Shown here one piece after another: positions 22,716 through 31,759 of a stretch of DNA of 64,000 nt. The notes under the pieces were generated by a model. That model did no database searches and was not told the origin of the DNA. It saw only the letters and a list, made by a program, of their open reading frames with translations. Origin of the DNA: Anaerohalosphaeraceae bacterium (GTDB lineage: Bacteria > Planctomycetota > Phycisphaerae > Sedimentisphaerales > Anaerohalosphaeraceae); NCBI GenBank assembly GCA_050309605.1, contig JBNRMN010000034.1, positions 172,554 through 236,553 of the forward strand, given 5' to 3'. Position numbers and translations under genes: made by a program. Each line of letters begins with the position of its first letter. Position 1 is the first letter of the stretch.

Positions 22716-23516
22716 CTAAGGGACTTTGTAAGCGCTGTTGTCCGGCGATAAAAACCCGACGGGCGAACGGGGATGCTGCTGATTGTACTGCTCAAGGGCT
22801 TGCTGATGCCGGGCCGGCTCGACTGTCGTATAGACGTCCGCTTGTGAACGCGTACTGCCGTCGCCGCACGCCATATTGGTTTGCCGGTTGTGGCGAAACC
22901 CCTGTGTGCCGGCCCATCGGTCATTAAACGACAGATCGCCTTCGCTTCGCAGCGGGGCACGCATAAATTTATTGGCGCCGTGGATGTATTGGCCGTCGCC
23001 GAAAATTGCAACGCGCGCCGGCTGAGTCAAACGCCCGCGTCGCGCCGGCTGTGAAATGCTTTCTTGTTGACCGCGGCCGATGTAGCTGACGTTGTAATTG
23101 TAGCCGGTATAAGGATCGTAAGGGGTGTTCGACTCGCCCTGAAAAGACGGACACTGCTGAACCTTGTCAACCGGTTCGCCCTGCCATAAAATTCCCGATT
23201 CAACGATGGGGTGTTCATCAACAAAACGTACCGTAAAATCCCAATTGTAGTGAATGGGTCCCTTATCGGTCTGCTGTGTATAGTACGCGATGGGAAAAAA
23301 ATCGTTATGGTCTTCGGTATAGATCAACGCAGCGATCATCATCTGCCGCAGATTGCTTTGACAATAAACCGATTCAGCCTGCCGCCGGGCATGGGCCAGC
23401 ACCGGCAGCGTGATCGCCAGCAGCAGCGCTGTAACCGCAATCACGATCATCATTTCGATGAGCGTAAACGCCCCGATGTGTGGATTTTTTATCGTCATCT
23501 TCAAGGTTCGTCGCAT
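22716..23516 (-). CDS. Prepilin-type N-terminal cleavage/methylation protein with H-X9-DG motif (DUF1559-like planctomycete pilin-like family)
   Basis: GA|FTLIEMMIVIAV..LLAITLP, CQSNLRQ, C-terminal HNRQTNMACGDG. Confidence 0.92.
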   Translation of the reverse strand: MRRTLKMTIKNPHIGAFTLIEMMIVIAVTALLLAITLPVLAHARRQAESVYCQSNLRQMMIAALIYTEDHNDFFPIAYYTQQTDKGPIHYNWDFTVRFVDEHPIVESGILWQGEPVDKVQQCPSFQGESNTPYDPYTGYNYNVSYIGRGQQESISQPARRGRLTQPARVAIFGDGQYIHGANKFMRAPLRSEGDLSFNDRWAGTQGFRHNRQTNMACGDGSTRSQADVYTTVEPARHQQALEQYNQQHPRSPVGFLSPDNSAYKVP

Positions 23517-24457
23517 TGCCAGGTACAGACCAGCCAGTGTTCGGCCAAAATCGCAAAATCCGCCAGATCCACGCGGCAGTCGTGATTCAAATCGCCCGGC
23601 GGAAACGGATGCCGGTAATCACCGCAGGCGGCGACATCGGCTACGGCGTCCAGTTCTGCCCATTCTTCACTGGTCAGCTTGACGTATTGGATCCATCGGC
23701 GTCCGCTGGCCGGGTCAATCCGCAGCGTCTCATAATCGTCGGGTTCAAGCCATTGCAGGTCAAACCCCGTCCCCCCCGCCGAACCGTCATACAGGGCGAT
23801 GGCCTCGGGCACGGACAGTCCGGAAAAATCGCTTAGCGTCAGATTCGGATCGACGGGCCTGAGAAAATCCAGCGGCTTGCCCCACTGTCTGGAATCGCTG
23901 TCCCAGGCAAAAGGATTGGTCGGAAACAAATCGCCCGCGGACGCCCGGTCGGACGGAAACGTAAACCACGGCCCGTTGGGATCCTGGGCCACACTGACGG
24001 TCAGCCACTCGGCGTTCAGTGAGGCCGGCACGGTCAGCATAACCGTATTCATATCCGTAGTCGGGGTCAGTTCGCCGCCGGCACGCTGAAAAAACGAATT
24101 GCTAAAGACGATAAAATCAATCCCGTAGGGGTTGTTTATGTCATCAGCGACTGGATGGTCAAACCCCACAACCACTTCGCTGCCCAACCCCAATGTCAGA
24201 ACCGTCGGACGGCCGTCGGGCGTGACATTCCAGGCCGGATAAACCAGCGAGGCAGTAAACACCCCCTGTTCCCAACCGTCATAGACCTGCGTCGTCGGCG
24301 GGCCGAGTACCGCGTTGGGGTCATTATAGGGATAGACGCCGAACGGCCCTCGATACGAAACGAGCCGACTTGCAAAATCCGACCCATCCGAGGCCCATGC
24401 GACCGCTCCGACGGCAAATGTCAGAATTAAAACCGACTGAATCAGAGATCGCTTCAT
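23501..24457 (-). CDS. Secreted protein with dockerin-like C-terminal tail; core possibly related to Bacteroidota B12-binding surface proteins
   Basis: Signal peptide MKRSLIQSVLILTFAVGAVAWA; core TLGLGSEVVVGFDHPV..NPYGIDFIVFSNSF..GGTGFDL..IQYVKL; tail GDLNHDCRVDLADFAILAEHWL. Confidence 0.8.
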   Translation of the reverse strand: MKRSLIQSVLILTFAVGAVAWASDGSDFASRLVSYRGPFGVYPYNDPNAVLGPPTTQVYDGWEQGVFTASLVYPAWNVTPDGRPTVLTLGLGSEVVVGFDHPVADDINNPYGIDFIVFSNSFFQRAGGELTPTTDMNTVMLTVPASLNAEWLTVSVAQDPNGPWFTFPSDRASAGDLFPTNPFAWDSDSRQWGKPLDFLRPVDPNLTLSDFSGLSVPEAIALYDGSAGGTGFDLQWLEPDDYETLRIDPASGRRWIQYVKLTSEEWAELDAVADVAACGDYRHPFPPGDLNHDCRVDLADFAILAEHWLVCTWQCDEP

Positions 24458-24461
24458 TTGT

Positions 24462-25052
24462 TTAATGTCCGCTGTTTTGTTTTCGTGAACGACAACAAAC
24501 AACAGCCCCCGCTGCCAGCAGCACCATCGATGTCGGTTCGGGAATGGTCAAGCTGTCGCTGGTCCAGTTGGCGCCGTCCAGATTGAAGCCTTCGATGCGG
24601 CCGTGGCGAAGCTGCTGTTTGTCCACGCCGTCGGAATTGCCCGTCCACGTCTGACCGCCGTCGTCGGTGTGGCCGGTCCACCACCAGCCGAAAAAGTCCG
24701 TTCCGGCGGTATGGTAATCGCCGTCCACCGTGGTTTGATCATAGATCATATCGCCGATGAACCCCCCGCCGTATGCGAAAATCACACTCAACGGGCCGGC
24801 GGCTTCCAGCGCCGTCAGGGCGTCTTTGACGGTCGTCTGCGGGTCGTCCCAACGAAACCCGAAACAATGAAATTCGGTCTTGTATGGGCCGTTGGTCTGG
24901 TTCCAGTCGATGACGATAACGCTTTCGTTGACTCCGGAACCGGCCCAATAATCGATCGTCAGCTCGACTCCCTGAATCAGATACGCCCTGGCGGGTGCAC
25001 TACAGCATAAACCGACCAGCAGCCCGATCCACATACACCGTTGTTTTTTCAT
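24462..25052 (-). CDS. PEP-CTERM sorting-domain surface protein
   Basis: GAGGA SD before ATG 25052, signal peptide, C-terminal IPEPTSMVLLAAGAVVCC-RSRK. Confidence 0.9.
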   Translation of the reverse strand: MKKQRCMWIGLLVGLCCSAPARAYLIQGVELTIDYWAGSGVNESVIVIDWNQTNGPYKTEFHCFGFRWDDPQTTVKDALTALEAAGPLSVIFAYGGGFIGDMIYDQTTVDGDYHTAGTDFFGWWWTGHTDDGGQTWTGNSDGVDKQQLRHGRIEGFNLDGANWTSDSLTIPEPTSMVLLAAGAVVCCRSRKQNSGH

Positions 25053-25254
25053 TGATATCCTCTCACTTGGTTTCATCATCCAACACAAACAGCCGTTTAC
25101 ATTCAGCGTCGGTCGGACGGCCGCGGTTGTCGGCAGACCCAAACCACCGCGGCTGTCCCGAACCGTGCCGGCCCTCGGCGTCCGACCGAGAGCTGTGGAA
25201 ATAATTACGTAACCCGTAACGTTGTGCCGTTGTTTTCCAGAATCCACAAACCAC

Positions 25255-25293
25255 AAAAAAAGCCGCTGCCCTTCGCGAGAGGGGCAACGGCTT
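25255..25293 (-). terminator. Intrinsic terminator in the riboswitch expression platform
   Basis: Minus strand AAGCCGTTGCCCCT-CTCGCGA-AGGGCAGCGGC followed by T7, between the aptamer and the first gene. Confidence 0.85.
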
Positions 25294-25399
25294 ATCATTA
25301 TGCAGTCTTCGTCGGTTCTATGCGGAATATTCCTACAGGAATGTTCCGGGCTGTCCGACAGGCCGTCGTGTTCCAATCGCGAGAACACACGTACATATC

Positions 25400-25609
25400 A
25401 TTGGCATAAGGCAGGTTTTCTGACTCGCATCCTACCGCCGGACCCCTTCCCGTCCACAGCGTGGACAGTGGGACAATGTCTGACGGATTTGCCGAAAGCC
25501 AACCGCTCTCGACAGCGGACGCACACAGCGGCGCGACCGTCACGGATTTTCACCGTGTTCCCGTTTTGGCATATTTGGCCCGATGAACAGGGCCAAACCT
25601 TAAGCCAAT
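25400..25609 (-). promoter_or_regulatory. Cobalamin (B12) riboswitch
   Basis: Minus strand: P1 ATTGGCTTAAGG...CCTTATGCCAAT, core AAAACGGGAACACGGTGAAAATCCGTGACGGTCGCGCCGCTGT, CCCACTG...GGGAAGG, B12 box GAGTCAGAAAACCTGCC. Confidence 0.95.
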
Positions 25610-25667
25610 TTCTGGACTTGTTTGAAAGAACGACACACACTGTAACGGACAGCCGGCAAAACGGCAA

Positions 25668-25703
25668 CAAAAAAATCCCGCCGTTTTGAAAAACGACAGG
25701 ATT
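25668..25703 (-). terminator. Intrinsic terminator closing the EPS operon
   Basis: Minus strand AATCCTGTCGTTT-TTC-AAAACGGCGGGAT followed by a T run, ~30 nt after the sugar transferase stop. Confidence 0.75.
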
Positions 25704-25730
25704 CGAACATTTTGCGTTACGGCTGCATTT

Positions 25731-27338
25731 TCAGCCAAACTGGTCGAGGAAGTTGTTGATCAGCCTGGCGGCGGTTTTCAGGCAGATGGACAGATCCTGA
25801 CGAAATGACAGGTTTCGAACATAGCGGGTGTCGTAATGGACCCACTCCTGAAAGTCCTGCCCTTCCTGTCGGGTGCGGCACACCTGCCACAGGCCGGTGA
25901 TGCCCGGACGCACGGACAGCCGGGCGTCGCGCCAGGCCGGACAGGATTCATTTTCGTTCTCCGGCGACGGACGCGGCCCGACCACACTCATCTGGCCGGC
26001 CAGCACATTAAAAAACTGCGGCAGCTCGTCGATACAGGTATCCCGCAAAAATTTGCCCACACCGGTGATGCGGGGGTCGTTGTCGATCTTAAACTGCGGG
26101 CCGTCCACCTGATTGACGACGCGCAAACGCTCCTGCAAAGCGTCGGCCTGCACCATCATCGTGCGGAATTTCAGACAGTTAAACTCTTTACCGTGAAGCC
26201 CCTGACGACGAGCGCGATAAAACACCGGCCCGCTGCTGGTCAGTTTGACCATCACGGACACAATCGCCAGAACGGGACTGATCAGCAACAAAATACACAG
26301 TGAAAAGACAATATCGAAGATTCGCTTGCCCAGACGCGGATACGACAACAAGGGCCAGTTGCGAAACGCCTGGTCCTGTTTGCGACGGGTTGAACTAAAC
26401 TCTATTGCCGTCGAGCCTTGATGCCATGTATTCGGCGACGTGCAGAGTGCGTTTTGAATCACATCATCGGCCTTCACTTCCGTATTCGGCCCCAGAACGG
26501 CGTTTTGAACGACGGCTCCTTTGCCGATTTTGACATTCTCACAAAGGATCGCCGGCCCGAGCACGATCGCATGATCTTCAATTTGCACCTCAGGGCCGAT
26601 CCACACGGGACCGCTCAGACGAGCGGTCGGGGCAACCGCAGCCGATCCGTCCGTCTGGTTGAGTCGTCTTGCATCCATTCGTTCCAACAGGCTCAGCAAT
26701 CCTTCGATGGTATTCAGGTCAAGACCCTGTCCGCCGAGTCGAAACCGTCTTAACGGAATGTGCATCTCGGCAAGCCGTTGTTTCAACACCTCAAGGTCAA
26801 GGGGGATAGCGCCTTGTTTTTTGAATTCAGAAATTATCTGATATGGCAGGTGTAAAAAATCCGGAAATGTCGAATCGTCCTCGCAGGTCGGCTCAATTAA
26901 ATCCTCAAAGAGCCGCCGAACGCCGACAATGTGATGCTCAGAGGTTAGCCTGACCGGCTCATTGGAGGCGGCCAATTCCGGCGCCATCTGAACTGCGGCG
27001 ACCGCCGTTCGGGAGGCATCCAGCAACGTATGGAGCTTGTGCGGATCATACCGATACAAGCGGCGCGCGTTGCCAATCAAAATACCGTCTTTGGCTGACC
27101 CATTGAGCGAATCGACGGGCAGTCCGTCGGCGCCGAAACCCTGCATCGGCACGGCCGACCGGTCAAGATCATCCAGCCAGTCGGCCGGGACATACATCGC
27201 CGTTCGGTCGGCGTTAGGGTACCGCAGGCCGTTTAGCAGTGTATGTTGGAGCAGACCGCCCGCACCGGGCAGAGACAGAACATCTCGAAGGCAATCCCCG
27301 GCGTCTGTCGGTCGCGGCGGTATCAGAGCAATCAGCAT
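25731..27338 (-). CDS. Priming sugar transferase (Bac_transf/WcaJ-like) with N-terminal degenerate nucleotidyltransferase-like and hexapeptide beta-helix region
   Basis: KRIFDI, GPVFY..R.G, KFRTM, DPRITGVGKFLR..IDELPQFFNVL.GQMSVVGPRP, RPGITGLWQV; LbH repeats GPVWIGPEVQI..GPAILCENVKIG. Confidence 0.93.
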   Translation of the reverse strand: MLIALIPPRPTDAGDCLRDVLSLPGAGGLLQHTLLNGLRYPNADRTAMYVPADWLDDLDRSAVPMQGFGADGLPVDSLNGSAKDGILIGNARRLYRYDPHKLHTLLDASRTAVAAVQMAPELAASNEPVRLTSEHHIVGVRRLFEDLIEPTCEDDSTFPDFLHLPYQIISEFKKQGAIPLDLEVLKQRLAEMHIPLRRFRLGGQGLDLNTIEGLLSLLERMDARRLNQTDGSAAVAPTARLSGPVWIGPEVQIEDHAIVLGPAILCENVKIGKGAVVQNAVLGPNTEVKADDVIQNALCTSPNTWHQGSTAIEFSSTRRKQDQAFRNWPLLSYPRLGKRIFDIVFSLCILLLISPVLAIVSVMVKLTSSGPVFYRARRQGLHGKEFNCLKFRTMMVQADALQERLRVVNQVDGPQFKIDNDPRITGVGKFLRDTCIDELPQFFNVLAGQMSVVGPRPSPENENESCPAWRDARLSVRPGITGLWQVCRTRQEGQDFQEWVHYDTRYVRNLSFRQDLSICLKTAARLINNFLDQFG

Positions 27339-27446
27339 ATCAGACCTGAAACATACGCTTGTTCATAGCGAAGGGATAGGACGCAATCCATAACACACAG
27401 ACGGTATTTGATTCCAAAAAGGAAGTATCGAAAAACACGATAAAAA

Positions 27447-29702
27447 TTAATGTTCGGTCGATTCGGCCACTTCGCTGAGCAGCAGTGTTTTGGATTTTTT
27501 TGTTTTATGCGCGGGGCGTTTGGGTTGTTTTTTGGCGCTGTAATGGTACCCGTAACCGTATCCGTATCGCCGATAGCTGTGCGAGGTCTTGACGTTGTTG
27601 ACGACGGTTCCGATGATATTGGCCTTGATTTCCTGAAGCCGTTTGGTGGCCTGTTTCATTTCCGTCTGCGAGGTGTGTCCGACAAAACTGGTCATAATGA
27701 CGCCATCGGCCATTTTAGCCCAGACCATGGCATCGGAAAACGCCAGCACCGGCGGTGTATCAATGATGATGTAATCAAACTCATCGCGAAGTTTACGAAT
27801 TCGGGCGGCCGTATCCGGAAGGGACAGCAATTCAAATGCATCCTGTATGTTGCGGTTGTCTGAAGCGAGTACAAACAACGGCATTCCCTCGACAGGATAA
27901 AGTGTTTTTTGGAGATCAATACCGAACAGATAATCCTGTATGCCGCGGTGCCCTGCCGACAGATTCAGCATTCCGGCAATATCGGGCTTGCGCAGATCGC
28001 CGTCAACCAGCAGTGTTTTACGGCCGGAACGGGCGAAACTGGTGGCCAGATTCACCGCCAGCGTACTCTTGCCGTCGCCCATACCGGGGCTGGTGATGAC
28101 CAGCATTTTGGTTTCGCCGTCGCCGTCCAGCAGGCCGAGATTGGCGCGGATGGTTTGGTAATCATCCACAAGCTGACGTCCGAGGAGCTTTCGGCTGACG
28201 TGTTCCGGTCCGGTCGTCGTGCCGATAATGCGCACGCCCACCCGACGCGCTACGTCGTCCGGCGTATGGACGCGCCGATCCAGCTTGGCCAGCAAAAACG
28301 CCAGCGCCAGGCCCGCCGCCAGTCCGCCGAAGGGCGCCGCGGCCACCAGCTTCATCTTCTTGCCTTCCGCCGAGACGCTGCGCGCCCAGGAACCGATGGA
28401 AATCCGCGGCTGTCGGTCACGTTCGATGTTCAGTTCCTCGATACGCCGCGTGATTTCATTGTAAATCTGCCGTGAATTTTCAAACTGTTCGCGCAGGTCA
28501 TCAATGTCCAATTGGGTACGACCGATGCGAATGGTGCTTTCGTCCTGCTCTTCCAGCTGGGCGATGATCTTTTCTTCATAAGTGATCAGCCGATTCAGCT
28601 CCGACTTGAGCGCTTCCAACTCGGCCTGCCGGGATCGTCTGACGTCAGCCAGGGCGATTTTTTCATAACGTTCGGTCGCTTCCTGCCGCTGTTTTTCCAG
28701 TTCTTCCTGAAGGTCGGCAAGGATCTGTCTTCTTCGCTGCATTTCGGGATTGGTGTCCAGCATCGTCGCCTGGCCGTCGCGAATGATCTGCTCATAACGA
28801 CGAATATCCTGACGCAGGGCAACGATGGTCGGATCGTTTTCAACGCGCACCTGGATCTGGTCGGCGATGTCTTCGGCGGTCAGGGGTTCATTCAACTGTT
28901 GTTCTTTGGCCTGCACCCGCGCTTCCATCTGCATCCGCTGCACGCCGATGGCGATTTGTTCCTGCTTGAGTGTAGCCACCTGCTGGAGTGCGATTTCCTG
29001 ACGCGGCGTCAACTGTTCGGTACCGTATTCCTCAACCCGTTCGCGAATCCGTGCCCGCTGGCGGCGCATCTGTTCTTCCAGGGTGCGGCGCTGGGCTTCC
29101 AGCCGTGCCAATCGATCATCAATCGCTCGGATTTCATCGGTTCGCACAACGGCTTCATAACTGCGCAAAAATGCATCGATCAGCACCTCGGCATCTGCGG
29201 CGTGTTCGGTTTTCATCCGGACGTGAAGAAACTCCGTCTGGCGGTCCGGAATGACCTCAACGTCGCCTTTGGAAACCATACTGCGCAGTGCCTGCAACAG
29301 GTTCTGGCCGGGTTCAAAGAAGGCCAGCCGTCGATCTTTGACAGCGTCCGCTACGCGGTTCAAGACCACATCACTGGTCATTACGCCGGCCTGAGTATTT
29401 TTGAAGGTTTGATAGGCGCCCACGCCGCCTTGCGCGGTGGTCTCATACATAATCGGCACGACCACGGAGGACACCAGCACCGAACCCTGGGTCTCATATT
29501 TATCGGGCATAAAGAACCAGATTCCCGCCGCCCCGCCGCCGCCGATGAAGATCGCACACAGCAGCACGATATACCATCGACGTAAAATAGCCATGGCCAG
29601 CTCGGCCATATCATCCGATGAATGGGGCTGCTCAGGCGCTTCGACATAGTCAACCACCTCGCCATGAACCGGCGAGAAGGGATATTTTTCCAAATCCTGC
29701 AT
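27447..29702 (-). CDS. wzc: Polysaccharide co-polymerase / BY tyrosine autokinase (Wzc-like)
   Basis: Two TM segments flanking a coiled coil; Walker A TSPGMGDGKS, VDGDLRKP, IIIDTPP, Tyr cluster YRRYGYGYGYHY. Confidence 0.9.
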   Translation of the reverse strand: MQDLEKYPFSPVHGEVVDYVEAPEQPHSSDDMAELAMAILRRWYIVLLCAIFIGGGGAAGIWFFMPDKYETQGSVLVSSVVVPIMYETTAQGGVGAYQTFKNTQAGVMTSDVVLNRVADAVKDRRLAFFEPGQNLLQALRSMVSKGDVEVIPDRQTEFLHVRMKTEHAADAEVLIDAFLRSYEAVVRTDEIRAIDDRLARLEAQRRTLEEQMRRQRARIRERVEEYGTEQLTPRQEIALQQVATLKQEQIAIGVQRMQMEARVQAKEQQLNEPLTAEDIADQIQVRVENDPTIVALRQDIRRYEQIIRDGQATMLDTNPEMQRRRQILADLQEELEKQRQEATERYEKIALADVRRSRQAELEALKSELNRLITYEEKIIAQLEEQDESTIRIGRTQLDIDDLREQFENSRQIYNEITRRIEELNIERDRQPRISIGSWARSVSAEGKKMKLVAAAPFGGLAAGLALAFLLAKLDRRVHTPDDVARRVGVRIIGTTTGPEHVSRKLLGRQLVDDYQTIRANLGLLDGDGETKMLVITSPGMGDGKSTLAVNLATSFARSGRKTLLVDGDLRKPDIAGMLNLSAGHRGIQDYLFGIDLQKTLYPVEGMPLFVLASDNRNIQDAFELLSLPDTAARIRKLRDEFDYIIIDTPPVLAFSDAMVWAKMADGVIMTSFVGHTSQTEMKQATKRLQEIKANIIGTVVNNVKTSHSYRRYGYGYGYHYSAKKQPKRPAHKTKKSKTLLLSEVAESTEH

Positions 29703-29775
29703 AGACTCCTCGTTGGGAATTTTTGCACACCTTGGTATCGCTTAGTGCATCCACGCAAAAAGCCGATTTAGTATT

Positions 29776-31755
29776 TCAACTGCTATTTCGGCTGAAAACG
29801 ACCTGGTGTTCAACAGTTTCCGGCGGGTTAAATAAAACTTTCATCAACCATAACTCCAACAGGATTAGCCCTATCGCCAACGGCATCATTGCCAGCCCGC
29901 CGAAATCGTGGAACAGCTCTTCAAGCCGTTCCGAATGCACATACGTAAACGCAATCGAGGTTAATGTTAAACGAATTGTATTGCATAGCAAGGCAATAGG
30001 GATTGTAGAAATCAAGAGAACCGCTTTTTCCCAGAGCTTGCGATTGGAGATCAGGACAACAAAACCGCTAATGACAAAGAAGGCCGTCAACATCCGTAAT
30101 CCATTGCACGCCTCAGCCACCGCCACCACCGTTTCGCCAATGCGGATCACATTGCCCTCGCGAATGACGTGATAGCCGAGGGTTTCCAGCGAAAACACCG
30201 CCGAGACGGTCGCAAATTGCTGCAGCGGGATCGTGATCATTCCCTCCACCCGGCGCGGAAACGGAAGCATCAGGAAAAAGAACACAAACACCGGCAAGAA
30301 ACGCCAAAAAAATGTCCAGCCATATAACAGCAGGATAATCCCTCCTATGGAGAACACCAGCGCCAGCCGTTCGGCCGAGGCGAACATAAAATACAGCCCA
30401 AACAGCCGGAAGGCCTGGGCCGCCAGCAAGACCGCGATTCCCGCGACGGCGGGTTTGACGGGACTGGCCAGAAATGACTGACGGCACGTCCATATCACAT
30501 AGCCGGCCAGAAACGGCACCAGCAGGCCGCTGGAATATTCATCGCTGCGGAGCCAGACACTCCACAGATCGACAATCGTCGGCTTCCAATAGGCCGCCAA
30601 TAACGCCCCGAAAAGCAGTACCGTCATCCCGAACAGCCCCCATTTTAATCGAGGTCTGTCCAAACAGTCGGCCAAGGTGCCGGCGGTTTGTGTTACAGTC
30701 GGTTGTGGGTGGGTCCATTGTTTTAATCGCATAGAAATCCCCTCGGCCAATCCGCTCAACAGCCCTTTGGGTTGGGCCGCGGGCGTCTCATTCAAAACGA
30801 CTCCGCTTGGAATCTTTCGCTGCCGATCAACCAGCGACCGGCGGATTTGACAGCCGCGGCCTATCGACGCATTGTCCCAGATTATGCTTTGACGGACAAT
30901 GGTATTTTGCCCGATTTTGACATTTTTACCGATAGCAGCCGGCCCTAAAATGACCGCCTTGGCTTCGATCCGGCTTGCCGATTCAATCAAAACCGGACCG
31001 CAAATCCGCGCTGATTCGGCGATCTGAACATCCTTGCCGACCCACACATCACCGCTTGTCCCAACCGGCTGATAATTGGACCGCCAATCAGACTCCGGAT
31101 CGGCGGCTTCAAGAAGCCCTGCAACAACGGTCATATACTGACGCCATGTGGTAAAATGACCGGACGGGCGGAGTAAGCGGGCGGCATAGGGCGGTTTGTC
31201 GGCAGCGACAAGGGCGGGAATCAGCCCTTCTTTGATGTCTTCATAGCCCTTTTTCGGGATATAGGACAAAACGGATGGCTCACAGACATAAATCCCCGCA
31301 TCCTTGAGGCCTCGGCCGTTGGCCCCGCAGGCGGGATTGAACAGGACGGTCATCTCCGCCTGGCCGCTTCGATGGGCGGCGATTATCTCCTGAACATCCG
31401 GCGGCGATGCGGTGCAGGCGGCACATACAATCAACAGCTCGTCGCGCCCCGGATCGGCGGCGTCCAGAACCGAGCCGGCTGTGCCGCGCGGCATGGTTTG
31501 CTCGATATACTGAACTTGCAGTGTATCGGGAAGCGTGATCGCTTCGCGAATGTCGCCGGCCTGGTTTTCACAGCAAACGACAAACCGCTGCACGCCCTGG
31601 GCAGCGAGTTGTTCGATCAGGTGCTGCACAACGGGCTTGCCGGCAATCTGCCATAAGGCGCGGTTATGCCGTGTGGCTATGGGACACCGCCCAAAATCCC
31701 GCCCGCCGACGAGGATGACCACTTTGATGTTGTTTATGGAAGTTGAGTCAGTCAT
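29776..31755 (-). CDS. Exosortase with N-terminal NDP-sugar pyrophosphorylase-like plus beta-helix module
   Basis: C-terminal multi-TM domain with triad motifs VAEACNGLRML (Cys), NTIR (Arg), FHDFGG (His); N-term VILVGG..., PRGTAG, AGIYV.EP, LbH repeats. Confidence 0.92.
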   Translation of the reverse strand: MTDSTSINNIKVVILVGGRDFGRCPIATRHNRALWQIAGKPVVQHLIEQLAAQGVQRFVVCCENQAGDIREAITLPDTLQVQYIEQTMPRGTAGSVLDAADPGRDELLIVCAACTASPPDVQEIIAAHRSGQAEMTVLFNPACGANGRGLKDAGIYVCEPSVLSYIPKKGYEDIKEGLIPALVAADKPPYAARLLRPSGHFTTWRQYMTVVAGLLEAADPESDWRSNYQPVGTSGDVWVGKDVQIAESARICGPVLIESASRIEAKAVILGPAAIGKNVKIGQNTIVRQSIIWDNASIGRGCQIRRSLVDRQRKIPSGVVLNETPAAQPKGLLSGLAEGISMRLKQWTHPQPTVTQTAGTLADCLDRPRLKWGLFGMTVLLFGALLAAYWKPTIVDLWSVWLRSDEYSSGLLVPFLAGYVIWTCRQSFLASPVKPAVAGIAVLLAAQAFRLFGLYFMFASAERLALVFSIGGIILLLYGWTFFWRFLPVFVFFFLMLPFPRRVEGMITIPLQQFATVSAVFSLETLGYHVIREGNVIRIGETVVAVAEACNGLRMLTAFFVISGFVVLISNRKLWEKAVLLISTIPIALLCNTIRLTLTSIAFTYVHSERLEELFHDFGGLAMMPLAIGLILLELWLMKVLFNPPETVEHQVVFSRNSS

Positions 31756-31759
31756 AGGG

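Noticed and set aside
25053..25388. 5' extension of the PEP-CTERM ORF to 308 aa
   Set aside because: Runs through the riboswitch terminator; the SD and signal peptide indicate ATG 25052.
25699..25708. GGATTCGAAC match to the tRNA-Ser T-arm as an att site of a tRNA-anchored island
   Set aside because: Only 10 bp, partly within a terminator stem, no acceptor-stem match and no integrase in the window.
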